Assembly: GCF_044704955.1 (NCBI RefSeq)
Contig: NC_091995.1
Coordinates: 4,836,001-4,900,000 of the forward strand
Origin: Pristiophorus japonicus
Taxonomy: Eukaryota
Reading direction: 5' to 3'
Length of the DNA: 64,000 nt
A program made the position numbers and the translations under genes. Of the stretch, positions 1-12,638 are shown piece by piece. Positions within the stretch are counted from its first letter, which is position 1. Each line of letters opens with the position of its first letter. The notes beneath the pieces are model-generated. The model was not told where the DNA came from. It saw only the letters and a list, made by a program, of their open reading frames with translations, and searched no databases.

Positions 1-2700
1 TCCCAGCACTGAGCCCTGCGGCACCCCAGTAGTCACGGCCTGCCATTCTGAAAAGGACCCGTTTATCCCGACTCTCTGCTTCCTGTCTGCCAACCAGTTC
101 TCTATCCATGTCAGTACATTAACCCCAATACCATGTGCTGTAATTTTGCACAACAATCACTTGTGTGGGACCTTGTCAAAAGTCTTTTGAAAATCCAAAT
201 ACACCACATCCACTCTACTAGTTACATCCTCAAAAAATTTCAGAAGATTTGTCAAGTACGATTTCCCTTTAATAAATCCATGCCGACTTGGACCGATCCT
301 GTCACTGCTTTCCAAATGCGCTGCTATTTCATCTTTAATAATTGATTCCAACTTTTTCCCCTCTACTGATGTGAGGCTAACCGGTTTATAGTTACCCGTT
401 TTATCTCTCCCTCCTTTTTTAAAAAGTGGTGTTACATTAGCTACCCTCCAGTCCATAGGAACTGATCCAGAGTCGATAGACTGCTGGAAAATGATCACCA
501 GTGCATCCACTATTTCTAGGGCCACTTCCTTAAGTACTCTGGGAGGCAGACTATCAGGCCCCGGGGATTAATCGGCCTTCAATCTCATCAATTTCCCTAA
601 CACAATTTCCCACCTAAAGGATTTCCTTCAGTTCCTCCTTCTCACTAGACCCTCGGTCCCCTAGTACTTCCGGAAGGTTATTTGTGTCTTCCTTCGTGAA
701 GACAGAACCAAAGTATTGTTCAACTGGTCTGCCATTTCTTTGTCCCCCATTATAAATTCATCTAAATCTGACTGCAAGGGACCTACGTTTGTCTTCACTA
801 ATTTTTTTCTCTTCACATATCTATGGAAGCTTTTGCAGTCAATTTTTATGTTCCCTGCAAGCTTCCTCTCATATACTATTTTCCCCCTCCTAATTAAACC
901 CTTTGTCCTCCTCTGCTGAATTATAAATTTCTCCCAGTCCTCAGGTTTGTTGCTTTTTCTGGCCAATTTATATGCCTCTTCCTTGGATTTAATACTCTAT
1001 CCATGGTAATATATTACCCCCAACCCCGTGAACTTTTATCTTGTGCAGTAATCTTTTATGTGGCACCTTGTCAAATGCCTTCTGGAAATCCAAATACACC
1101 ACATCCACTGGTTCCCCTTTATCCACCCTGTTCGTTACATCCTCAAAGAATTCCAGCAAATTTGTCAAACATGACTTCCCCTTCATAAATCCATGCTGAC
1201 TCTGCCTGACTGAATTTTGCTTTTCCAAATGTCCTGCTACTGCTTCTTTAATAATGGATTCCAACATTTTTCAAACCACAGATGTCAGGCTAACTGGTCT
1301 ATAGTTCCCTGCTTTTTGTCTGCTTCCTTTTTTTAAAGAAAATAGTGGAGTTAAATTTACAGTTTTCCAATCTGCTGGGACCTGCCCAGAATCCAGGGAA
1401 TTATGGTAAATTACAACCAATGCATCCACTATCCCAGCCACTACTTCTCTTAAGACCCTAGGATGCAAGCCATTAGGTCCAGGGGATTTATCTACCTTTA
1501 GTCCCATTATCGTACTGAACACCACCTCCTTTGTGATTGTGATTGTATTAACTTCCTTCCCCACTATAGCCCCTTGATTATCCACTGTTGGAATATTTTT
1601 AGTGTTCTCTGCCATAAGAAACTCTTGCTATCTGTTTTTATACTTTGGGCTAGTTTACTTTCATAGTCTATCTTCCCTTTCTTAATCATTTTTTTTTAGT
1701 CATTCCTTGCTGGTTTTTAAAAAAGCTTCCCAGTCTTCTGTCCTCCCACTAGTTTTGGCCACTTTGTATGCCCTTGTTTTTAATTGGATACCATCATTTA
1801 TTTCTTCAGTTAGCCACGGATGGCAATCTTTTCTTTTACACCCTTTCCTCCTCACTGGAATATATTTTTCTCGAGAGTTATGAAATATCTCCTTAAATTT
1901 ACACCACTGTTCATCAACCGTCCTACACTTTAATCTATTTTCCCAGCCCACTTTCGCCAACTCTGCCCTCATACCTTTGTAGTCTTCTTTATTTAAGCTT
2001 AGTACGCTGGTTTGACATCCAACTTTCTCGCCCTCCATCTGAATTTGAAATTCAATCATGCTATGATCACTCATTCCAAGGGATCCTTTATTAGGAGATT
2101 GTTTATTAATCCTGTCTCATTACACAGGACCAGATCCAAGATAGCCTGCCCCCTGGTTGGTTCCATTACATACTTATTAAGGAACCTGTCCCTTATGCAC
2201 TTTATGAACTCTTCCTCAAGGCTACACTGACCAATTTGATTTGTCCAATCAATATGGAGGTTAAAATCACCCATGTTGCTGTTCTCTTTTTACAAGCCCC
2301 CACTATTTCTTGGTTTATACTCCGACCAACAGAGTTGCTACTGTTAGGGGGCCTTTACACTATGGCCACCAGTGACTTTTTCCCCTTGTTATTCCTGATC
2401 TCCACCCAAACTGTTTCAATAACCTGATCATTTGAGCCAATATCGTTTCTCACTATTGCAGTGATTCCATCCTTTATCAACAGAGCTACCCCACCTCCTT
2501 TTCCTTTCTGTCTGTTCTTCTGAATTGTCAAGTACCCCTGAATGTTTAGTTCCCAGTCCTGGTCACCTTGCAACCACGTCTCTGTTATGGCTACTAGATT
2601 ATACCCATTTGTAACTATCTGTGCCAACAGCTCACCTAATTTGTTATGAACGCTGCGTGCATTCAGATAAAGAACTTTTAAATGCGTTTTCTTATGATTT
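1..2700 (-). mobile_element. Two abutting CR1 ORF2 fragments from different subfamilies (junction near 990)
   Basis: EN and RT motifs in ORFs 157-525, 661-966, 989-1267, 1271-1615, 1700-2274 and 2355-2750. Confidence 0.9.
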
Positions 2701-4307
2701 TCTCCAGCTATGGCTCCTCGGGCGGACTCTCCTGAAATGGACAGAAACACAAATGTTAACGCACAGCAGACCGATGGCAGTGCCCAAACAGACTAAACAA
2801 GGCTCGACTGTGCAGCACGAAAGAGCTAGAGAGTCAATAGTAAAGTGTGGAGCAACTCGCTGATCTGGAAAGCTAATGATCAACAGCGAGTGGATAGTAT
2901 TGGATTAATTGAGTCAGACTTTAGTGAAGTGGATGGGCTGGTTAGGATAAAGATGCAGTTGGTGAGGTGCAGGGAGATTCTGGCTGTAGGGAGGTGGGTG
3001 GTGATGAGTGTGGTAATGATGATGAGTTGGTTACCTAGAGATAGGTCTGTGCACATTGAAGATAAATGACAAAAGGTACTGAAGGAGCAGGAAGGGTTAA
3101 ATGACAATGTAAGAAATCCTGTAAGGGCTCTGAACCTCCCATGCAAGGATGGCTTAGAAAATCAAGGCAATTTCCTTTGACATACTTCCTGTTCTGGGTG
3201 AAAAAGATGTTTGTAAAACAACTCAAAAATATGAATAACTGCCAGTCAACTTGCTGCTAAAATAATACTGGGACTTTGAAAAGTAAATGGCATTATTCTT
3301 GTGACAAAAAATGGGACAGATGACCAAATAAAAAACAATGGAACTGGTCAGGAACGTTGAAGTAGCTGCAAGAAGCATTTACATTGGATAGGAGGGAGAA
3401 GGCCAGTAGGAAAGGTGATCCACATGACATTGATTACAGAGTGGAATCTAGCCAGCAGGTGGGTGATATACAAGAACCAGGTAACATTAACAAGGGTAAA
3501 CTAGGGGCCAAAAGATGGGAACATCTACAGTAAGCTGTATAGACGTGAATGCATTAGGAATCAGCAATTCCAAAACACGAGGCTACTGTAGCACTCGGGA
3601 ACTACAGTGTTGTGGGAATATTATAAACATGGCTGACTGCAGAGGATGGTGCACAGGGACAGGAGGAGCCTGTTCCACCATTCAGTTAGATCATGGCTGA
3701 TCTGTACCTCTACTGCATTTACCCACTTTTGCTCCATATCCCTTGATGCCCTTCACCAACAAAAATCTACCCATCTCAGTCTGGAAATCTTGAATTGTTT
3801 GATCCTCGCATTCAGTCTTTTGAGGGAGAGAGTTCCAGATTTCTACAACTCTGAATAAAAAAAAAAATAAATAAAAAAAATTCAAAGTATTCAGGCAGAG
3901 CAGAGTAGACAGCAAGGATGTGATGTGGGCCTGGATGTCAAAGACATCGAGGAGATTAAAGCTGTTCATCCTGTGAAAGAGCTGTCCAATTTATTCCCAC
4001 ACCCAAGCCTTTCCCCATAACCCTGCAAATTAGTCCTCTTCAAGTATATGTCCAATTGCCTTTTGAAAGTCCCTCTGGAATCTGCTTCCACCACCCTTTC
4101 AGGTTCCAAATCTTAACAGCCCTTTGTGAAAACATATTTCCACATTTCCCCTCTAGTTCTCTTGCCAATTATTTTAAATCTGTGACCTCTGGCTGCTGTT
4201 CCTCTTGCCAGAAGAAAGAGTTTCTCCCTGTTTGCTCAATCAAAACTCCTCAGAATTTGGAATATCTCTATTAGGTGTCCCCTTGACCTTTTCTGCTCCA
4301 AGGAGAA

Positions 4308-5200
4308 AATAGAAACATAGAAAATAGGTGCAGGAGTAGGCCATTTGGCCCTTCGAACATGTCCCACCATTTAATATGATCGTGGCTGATCATGCAATTT
4401 CAGTACCCCATTCCTGCTTTCTCTCCATATCCTTTAATCCCTTTAGCCGCAAGGGCCACATCTAACTCCCCTTTGAATATATCTAACGAACTGGCATCAA
4501 CAACTTTCTGTGGAATTCTCTCACAATTCTCTGAATTCTCTCACATGCTCACAATTCTCTGGGTGAAGAAGTTTCTCCTCATCTCGGTCCTAAGTGGCTT
4601 ACCCCTTGTCCTTAGACTATAAGCCCTGGTTCTGGACTTCCCCAACATCGGGAACAATCCCAGCTCCTGCAATCTATCCACATAACTGAAGTCCCTCATT
4701 CCTACCATCATCTGAGTAAAGCTGCTTCTTACCCTCTCCAAGACCTTGACATCCTTCCTCAAGTGTGGTCACACAATACTCCAGCTGAGGCCTAACCAGT
4801 GATTTGTAAAGGTTCAGCATGACTTCCTTGTTTTTGAACTCAATGTTCCCATTTACAAAGCCAAGTATCCCACAAGCTTTCTTGAATGTCTCATCAACTT
4901 GCCCTGCCATATTCAATATGTAAACATTTACCCCAGTTCCTTCTGTTCTTGCACAACCCTCAAAATAGAACCATTTAGAATATACTGCCTCTCCATGTTG
5001 TTCCTCCCAAAGTGAATCACTTCACACTCATCTGCATTAAATTGTATCTGCCATGTGTCTGCTCATTCCTCCAGTCTGTCTATGTCCTCCTGAAGTCCGC
5101 TACTATCCTGCTCACTATTCACTACGTTGCCAAGTTTTGTATCATCTGTAAACTTCAAAATTGTACTTTCTATCCCCGAGTTCAGGTTATTTATCTACAA
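4308..5200 (-). mobile_element. Young CR1 3' fragment (4308-4652) nested in an older CR1 remnant
   Basis: CR1 3' UTR and tail; RT C-terminal fragments; empty site in the right arm near 54705-54725. Confidence 0.8.
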
Positions 5201-5210
5201 CCAGAAAAGC

Positions 5211-5664
5211 TTATCGTGAATGGTCTCGGATTGCTCCCAGATTTGTCTCCATTCTGAATAAAATATCCTTTTCCTCATTCAGTTCTTCGACCAAGTTCCG
5301 TTCATTTTCATCCAAAATATTGTGCAATTTAGAAAATTCAGAATCGATGAGGTTCTGAGATTGATTCGACTGCTCCTGTGAAGACAAAAGGAGTTTGTTA
5401 AAGAAGAAAGCAAAGCTATCGCAGGTCACCAGCACATTGATCACAATGCTTAATAAACACCAAGCCACGCTGCTGAAAATGCACAGTGTTAGAGTTCTGT
5501 TAGCCAGACATGGGGTGTATAACACGCTATCCATACAGGCACAGCCCACATCGGCCCACTGAGAATTCACCTTCATTTCGGAGATGCTCTCTTACTGCTT
5601 AAACTCAAAATCGTCAAGAGGTATTCTTCTGCCTCAGAGAATGTAGGATTATGTTCATTTTCTC
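5211..5664 (-). pseudogene. TRIM pseudogene remnant: coiled-coil exons 2 (5571-5664) and 3 (about 5211-5375)
   Basis: cccag|EKMNIILHSLRQK..(2-nt deletion, stop)..ESISEMK|gtgaat and cacag|EQSNQSQNLIDSEFSKLHNILDENERNL..., truncated by an old CR1. Confidence 0.75.
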
Positions 5665-7689
5665 CTGGGATTGAAACTCTAAGGTCTGAAGATAATTGGA
5701 AAAAAAAATTCCGGGGAGGAAATGAGGGGAAACATTCTTACACAGTGAGTTATGGTGATCTGGAACGCACGGCCTGAAAGGGCGGGGAAGCAGATTCAAT
5801 AGTAACTTTCAAAAGAGAATTGGATAAATAGTTAACTAGGAGACATTCACAGGGCTTGGGGGGGAAAGAGCAGGGAGTGAGACTAATGGGACAGCTCTTT
5901 CAAAGAGCCAGCACAAGCACGATGGGCAGAATGGCCCCCTCCTGTGCTGTGTGTTTCTATGATTCTAGGCGCTGACAACAGTCAGGGCTCTGCTCAAATT
6001 AGAAAGATCAAAAGTGAATTTTTAATAATTCTTAGCTGGGCCAACTGTTTTAACTTCACTCCAGAATGGTTGCAGTTGTTGCAAAGCTGAAGTGGAGTCA
6101 AATTCTCACCTGATCCACAGTCAATGGAAACTACTGATCTTCAGAGTTACTCTGCACATCTCCCCTCGCCATCAATCTCAAACTGCTTTGCATTCACACA
6201 CAGTGCGTCCCAATCACACTGAGCTGGGACATACTGAGTTAAGACATACAGAATCAGCTGAACTATAAACAGAAATACTGAGCTTCCTAAATTTCAACAA
6301 CATTACAGATTCACAGTAAGATTCCTGCCCTCCTCCAGCTCACAAGATATCCTGAAATTTAAATAAAACGCAAAGTTAGGCAACACCAAGTTTGCTATTG
6401 GGAAGGAGAACAGGGGAGTTCACCCCAGTGTCCTGGGTCAATATTTATCCCTCAACCAACATCACTAAAACAGATGAGTTGGTCATTGCCACATTGCTGT
6501 TCGTGGGATCTTGCTGTGCGTAAATTGGCTGCTGTGTTTCCTACTTTACAACACTGACTACACTTCAAAAGTACTTCTTTGGTTGTAAAACACTTTGGGA
6601 TGTCCTGAGCTGGTGAAAGGCGCAATATAAATGCAAGTCTTTCTTTCTACGGGACTAACATACACCATTATTGCAGCATGACATGCCCTCTGCTAAAAAC
6701 TGTCAGACACGAGTCAGCGACAGTGTGTGACTGAGATAGTCCCGATAGAGCATCATTTCCTGCCCTTGCTAATTCCATCATTTCTTACCCATACTCCAGC
6801 TATGAGGATATTCTTTACACAAGTCTAATTTAAGCACATACATACACACCTTACAATAGATGACAGCCCCTCAAAAAAACCCAGAAGATCCCATGCACAG
6901 ATTGATTTTAACCCATGACTAAGATTTCCCACCATTATATTATGGGGATTATTTGCATTCCTCCTCCGCCTCACCATTCCCCCTCCTCTTCCTCTCCCTA
7001 TCCCCCTCCTCACCCCATCCCCCTTCCGCTCCCCCCTCCCCAATGTACATTGGGCCCATACTCTCTGGAATTAAGAAGAGAGGTGTTCTCATTGAAACAC
7101 AAGATTCCGAGGGGGACTGACAGGGTAGATGCTGAGAGGTTGTTTCCCTTGTCTGGAGAGTCTAGAACTAGGGGACATAGTCTCAGGATAAGCAGTCGGC
7201 CATTGAAGACTGAGATGAGGAGGAATTTCTTCGCTGAGAGGGATGTGAATCTTTGGAATTTTCTATCCCAAAGGGCTGTGGATGCTGAGTCTCTCAGTAT
7301 ATTTTAGGCGGAGATCGATAGATTTTTGGACTCTGGGGGAATCAAGGGATCAGGCAGGAAAGTGGAGTTAAGGTCGAAGATCAGCCATTATCTTATTGAA
7401 CGGGAGAGCAGGCTCAAATGGTAAAGGAGGTAGGGGGGGCTGATAATAAAGGATGACAAAAAAGGATAATAAAAAAGGATAATAAAGAATGTTTACCTAG
7501 TTTCCCCTTAATTGCTTCAGTGCTATTCGCCTCAACCATTGCATGTGGTAGTGAATTCCACATTCTCTGGGTAAAGAAGTCATCCTCTTAAAACTGCGCC
7601 TTCCTATCGTGACAGGAGGGAGATAATTGCACCGAGAACTGCCCCCAACTCCTGTTTCTTTTTCTGTATTACCAATTTGGTGTTTTTAA

Positions 7690-8028
7690 GACTCAGAAGG
7701 TTATGGGTTTAAGTCCTGCTCCAGAACCTTGAGCACAAAATCTAGGCTGACACTGCAATGCAGAGCTGAGGGAGCAATACACTGTCGGAGGTACCGTCTT
7801 TCGGATGAGACCTTAAACCGAGCACCGTGCTTCCTCTCAGGTGGATGTAAAAGATCTCATGGCTCTATTTTGATGAGCAGGGGAAGTTACCCACAATGCC
7901 GTGCCAATATTTATCCCTCAACCAACATCAAAAAAACATATTATTTGGTTGCTAACACATTGTTCCTTGTGGGAGCTTGCTGTGCGCAGATTGACAGCCA
8001 CGTTTCCTACATTACAACCACAAGTACA
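7690..8028 (+). mobile_element. tRNA-derived Deu-domain SINE (SacSINE1-like); other copies near 6405-6645, 24928-25145, 27852-28080, 50355-50675, 51672-51912 and 63650-63870
   Basis: B-box-like gggtttaagtcc head; shared core atatttatccctcaaccaacatc...gtgggagcttgctgtgcg..gtttcctacattacaac. Confidence 0.7.
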
Positions 8029-9082
8029 CAAGTGAATGTGGTGTATTTGGACTTTCAAAAGGCTTTTGACAAGGTCTCACACAAGAGATTGGTTTGCAGA
8101 AGTAATGCACATGGTATTGGGGGTAATGTATTGACGTGGATAGAGAACTGGTTGGCAGACAGGAAGCAGAGAATCGAGATAAACGGATCCTTTTCAGAAT
8201 GGCAGGCAATGACTCGTGGGGTGCTGCAGGGCTCAGTGCTGGGACCCCAGCTATTTACAATATACTACATCAATGATTTAGATGAAGGAATTGAGGTAAT
8301 ATCTCCAAGTTTGCAGATGACACTAAGCTGGGTGGCAGTGTGAGCTGCGAGGAGGATGCCAAGAGGCTGCAGGGTGACTTGGAAAGGTTAGGTGAGTGGG
8401 AAAATGCATGGCAGATGCAGTATAATGTGGATAAATGTGAGGTTATCCACTTTGGTGGCAAAAACACGAAGGCAGAATATTATCTGAATGGTGGCAGATT
8501 AGGAAAAGGGGAGGTTCAACGACACCTGGGTGTCATGGTTTATCAATCACTGAAAGTGGGCATGCAGGTACAGCAGGTGGCGAAGGCAGCAAATGGCACG
8601 TTGGCCTTCACAGCTAGGGGATTTGAGTATCGGAGCAGGGAGGTCTTACTGCAGTTGTACAGGGCCTTGGTGAGGCCTCACCTGGAATATTGTGTTCAGT
8701 TTTGGTCTCCTAATCTGAGGAAGGACATTCTTGCTATTGAGGGAGTGCAGCAAAGGTTCACCAGACTGATTCCCAGGATGGCAGGACTGACATATGAGGA
8801 GAGAGTGGATCGACTGGGCCTGTATATGACCAAGATGAGGAGAAACTTCTTCGGAGTTGTTAACCTGTGGAATTCTCTACCGCAGAGTTGTTGATGCCAG
8901 TTCGTTACATATATTTAAGAGGGAGTTCGATATGGCCCTGACAGGTAAAGGGATCAAGGGGTATGGAGAGAAAGCAGGAAAGGGGCACTGAGGGAATGAT
9001 TAGCCATGATTTTATTGAATGGTGGTGCAGGCTCGAAGGGCAGAAAGGCCTACTCCTGCACCTATGTTCTATGTTTCTGTGT
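8029..9082 (+). mobile_element. 5'-truncated CR1, specific to the left arm, inserted in a SINE
   Basis: RT motifs; empty site acaagtgcac|ttcaaaagt seen in the right arm near 50360-50380. Confidence 0.88.
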
Positions 9083-9636
9083 TTCAAAAGTAGTTCCAGA
9101 TCAAAATAACTCGCTGTTTAAAAAAAAATGTTCACGTCACCCCTGGTTCTTTATCGAATCACATTAAATCAGTGTCGAACAAAATTGACACCAAGATACG
9201 TGAGGCGATATTAAGACAGATGACCAAAAGCTGGTCAAAGAGGTAGGTTTTAAGGAGTGCCTTAAAGGAGGAGAGAGGGGTAGAGAGGCTATAGAGGTTT
9301 AGGGAGAGAATACAGAGCTTAGGGCCCAGGCAGCTGAAGGTACGGCTGTGGTTTGTTCATTTAAAAATGATACGATATATCGTGCCCACTCCCAATAACT
9401 GAGACTTGGCAGGTAGGTAATTAGGTGCATTACCTTCCAATGGATTACACATTGGATCTGTACCATCTGCAGCACATCCTGTAGCCACCAGCCAGGACTG
9501 TGGCTCACTCACTGGGCAGCAGACCCTGTCATTGTAAACACTATTTAAATGTGTTTCCCCCTCTGTGTAACAATCCACAACAAAATCCCACACAGTATAT
9601 ATAGTACAGACTGGAGCAAACACATCCCCCACTTAC

Positions 9637-9705
9637 CCAGCCACCGCTCAGCAGGTTCCCGGGGAAGAAGCGACTGTCCAGCTCGCTCACCAAACCCGTT
9701 GCCAT
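9637..9705 (-). pseudogene. ATF6B: ATF6B-like first coding exon, orphan copy 1
   Basis: MATGLVSELDSRFFPGNLLSGGW|gtaagt resembles the ATF6-beta N-terminus (..SE..RFF.DNLLS.EDW). It has Kozak context gtcATGG and an upstream CpG promoter. No further ATF6B exons were seen. Confidence 0.62.
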
Positions 9706-10050
9706 GACGCCCCGGCTCCCCCCGAGTGAATAATAACAAGAAGAATCCAAAGTGTGAAATAAACCCCCCCCCCCCGAGTATAAAAGCAGGCGGCGGCGGC
9801 CGGAAACCCGCCTCCCTCATTCTGAGTGACAGGTGTTGCGGCCAATCCGCTTCCCACTGGAACTCCTCGCCGGGCCGCCACTAACCAATCAGCGCCGCCG
9901 GGAGGTGGGGTTTGCGCCCATGATTTGGGTTGAAAGAGGCTCGCGCTCGGAACTTGCCGGTTGGGTTTAAATATTTAATGTTTAACGGCCGTCAGTCTTT
10001 GCCCCTGTGAGCGGGCGCGGGCTGTGTGCTGTGATTGGCCGGGAGCGGGA
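9706..10050 (-). promoter_or_regulatory. CpG-rich promoter/5' UTR with several CCAAT boxes and GC boxes
   Basis: Dense CpG; CCAAT near 9842 and 9885, ATTGG near 10034, cccgcct near 9807; directly upstream of the ATF6B-like ATG. Confidence 0.6.
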
Positions 10051-10364
10051 CAACAACAACAACTTGTGTTTATATAGCGCCTTTCACGCAGTAAAACGTC
10101 CCCAGGTACGTCACAGCAGTGTTATAAGACCAAACATAGGAAGAAATTACAGCAGGTGACCAAAAGCTCGGTCAAAGAGGGAGGTTTTAAGGAGCGGGTT
10201 GAAGGAGGAAAATGAGGTGGAGAGGTTTAGGGAGGGAGTTCCAGAGCTTGGGGCCCAGGCAGCTGAAGGCACGGCCACCGATGGTGGAGCGATTATAATC
10301 AGGGATGGTCAGGAGGGCAGAATTAGAGGAGCGCAGACATCTCGGGGGGTTGTGGGGCTGGAGG

Positions 10365-10634
10365 AGAGGTGGGCGCCAGAGGGACTGGAGTGCATTGTCA
10401 CCCCCGGCAACCAAATTTTAATTTGATTTTATATGTTTTAAAGTTTAATTTGTTTTAATTGCCGGGTTTTTAGTGTCCCCCGCCCCTTTTTATAGGGAGC
10501 ACTTGTAAATTATGATTTTAGAGCCCACCCAAAAAAACTACAAAAGTACAAAAAAAAAGGGCCTTGGGAAATGTTTGGAATGTCCCCCAGATCGGGGGGC
10601 ACGTGATTTAATGTTTATGTTTGCCCCAAAAGAG
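10365..10634 (+). mobile_element. Tx1-clade LINE 3' end with perfect 15-16 bp TSD
   Basis: ERWAPEGLECIVTPGNQILI* is the same C-terminus as in 60490-61039; TSD ttgtggggctggagg at 10350-10364 and 10635-10649. Confidence 0.85.
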
Positions 10635-10765
10635 TTGTGGGGCTGGAGGTGATTACAAGGATAGGGAGGGGCGAGGGCCATGGAGGGATTTGTAAACAAG
10701 GGGGAGAAGGTCGGCGAGCACAGGGGGTGATGGGTGAGCGGGATTTGGTGTGAGTTAGGACACGG

Positions 10766-11243
10766 GCTCCATTGAAGCACTGACCACACTCGATCAGCTT
10801 CGCTGGGCAGGCCACATTGTCCGCAGGCCAGACACGAGACTCCCAAAGCAAGCGCTCGACTCGGAACTCCTTCACGGCCAACGAGCCAAAGATGGGCAGT
10901 GGAAACATTACAAGGACACCCTCAAAGCCTCCCTGATAAAGTGCGACATCCCCACTGACACCTGGGAGTCCCTGGCCAAAGACGGTCCTAAGTGGAGGAA
11001 GTGCATCCGGGAGGGCGCTGAACACCTCGAGTCTCATCGCCGAGAGCATGCAGAAATCAAGCGCAGACAGCAGAAAGAGCATGCGGCAAACCTGTCCCAC
11101 CCACCCCTTCCCTCAACGACTATCTCTCCCACCTGTGACAGGGACTGTGGTTCTCGTATTGGACTGTACAACCACCTAAGGACTCATGTTAAGAGTGGAA
11201 GCAAGTCTTCCTCAATTCCGAGGGACTGCCTATGATAATGATG
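10766..11243 (+). mobile_element. RTE (BovB-like) LINE 3' fragment
   Basis: [25 protein letters not shown] motif; (tga)n tail. Confidence 0.82.
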
Positions 11244-12638
11244 CCGAGTTTTGGATCACAGCTGGTTTACGGAGGGTAGAATATGGAAGGCCAGCCAGGA
11301 GTGCGTTGGAATAGTCAAGTCTAGAGGCAAAAGTACAAAAAAAAAGGGCCTTGGGAAATGTTTGGAATGTCCCCCAGATCGGGGGGCACGTGATTTAATG
11401 TTTATGTTTGCCCCAAAAGAGTTGTGGGGCTGGAGGTGATTACAGGGATAGGGAGGGGTTATGCTGTAGATATGTGGCCAGAAGCTCATTTCCGGGTCAG
11501 ATAGGAATCCAATGTTGAGATAGTCCAGTTCAGTCTCAGACAGATGCCAGGAAGAGGGTTGGAGTCGGTGGCCAGGGAACGCAGTTTGTGGAGGGGACCA
11601 AAGACAATGGCTTCGGTCTTCCCAACATTTAATTGGAAAAAAAATGTGCTCATCCAGTACTGAATGTTGGAAGAGCAATCTGGCAATTTAGAGACTATGG
11701 AGGGGTCAAGAGAAATGGTAGTGAGGTAGAGCTGGGTGTCATCAGCGTACATGTGGAAACTGACGCCGTGTTTTCAGATGATGTCGCCATGAGGCAGCAG
11801 AGGTGTTGCTGATTCATCTCAAACACCGCCATGTAGCGCCACCTTCTGCCTGTGGAGCAACATTACAGGCAGGAAGATCATCGGGTTCCTGCTGTTCACA
11901 GCTCATTCCACCCAGTGAGTTCCCCTCCACAATTCACCATCGATTTGTTTCTTCTCTTCCCCTCCTTCTTTCCCCCAGTCCGACACAGGCCCTCGCTGAT
12001 CTTTCAGCTCCCAGTTCCGATGCAGGGTGTATTCCCGGAATATTAACCTGCCTTCTCTCTCCACAGGTGATGACCTTGTCCACTTTCTATTCTAAACACT
12101 CCACACTCTTGAGTCTTCTGATCATTTCCATTCCCTGGGTGTTGCCATGTTCCTAACACTCCTCCCGCCTGTTCCCTTTTGATTTCACTTCTATCCGGTG
12201 CCCATTTTACTTTTTCCTACCCCCTGCCCCCGGGTATTATTGAATTTGCTGTGTCTCGGATAGTCCCCTTTGTCATGTCCTTCCCACTGGTGTTCTATCT
12301 CACCTGAGTTCCCCTCCCCTGCCCCTCGTTACCTTTACCTTCCCAACTGGAGTCTGTGGTTCCCTTGGTGTATTTTTGCCCGTGTTTTAATTCTCCTCAG
12401 TCTCTGGGCCCCAATGATTCTCGATGTTCTTGAGGTTTTTATTTAATTTTACAGGATTCTCAGGAGCAGTTGCCACAAGTTTGTTCCACTGCACCACTCA
12501 AACAACACATCTCACCAACAAGACATTGTCACTCAGTTGTAGCCGGCCTGCCCTCAGGTGACATTTGGACCATCCGCACCACCTGTGACTGAGCCCATTA
12601 CCTGGAAGGAGGCATAGTGAAATTATGGGATGGGCCCG

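Larger units (their letters stand above)
2713..10708. repeat. Left arm of a large diverged inverted segmental duplication
   Basis: Unique stretches (2733-2866, 3115-3990, 5200-6900, 9340-10050) match the reverse complement of 57380-57515, 55030-55900, 51350-53110 and 45320-46140 in colinear order. Confidence 0.92.

Noticed and set aside
7690-7730. tRNA gene
   Set aside because: Only a degenerate B-box SINE head is present, with no cloverleaf.
9842-9860. ERSE (CCAAT-N9-CCACG) in the ATF6B-like promoter
   Set aside because: The CCACG half-site is absent at the required spacing in both copies.
11328-11458. Second independent Tx1 insertion into the same target sequence
   Set aside because: It is nearly identical to 10541-10671, including flank mutations, and lacks a 5' TSD, so it is a local copy.
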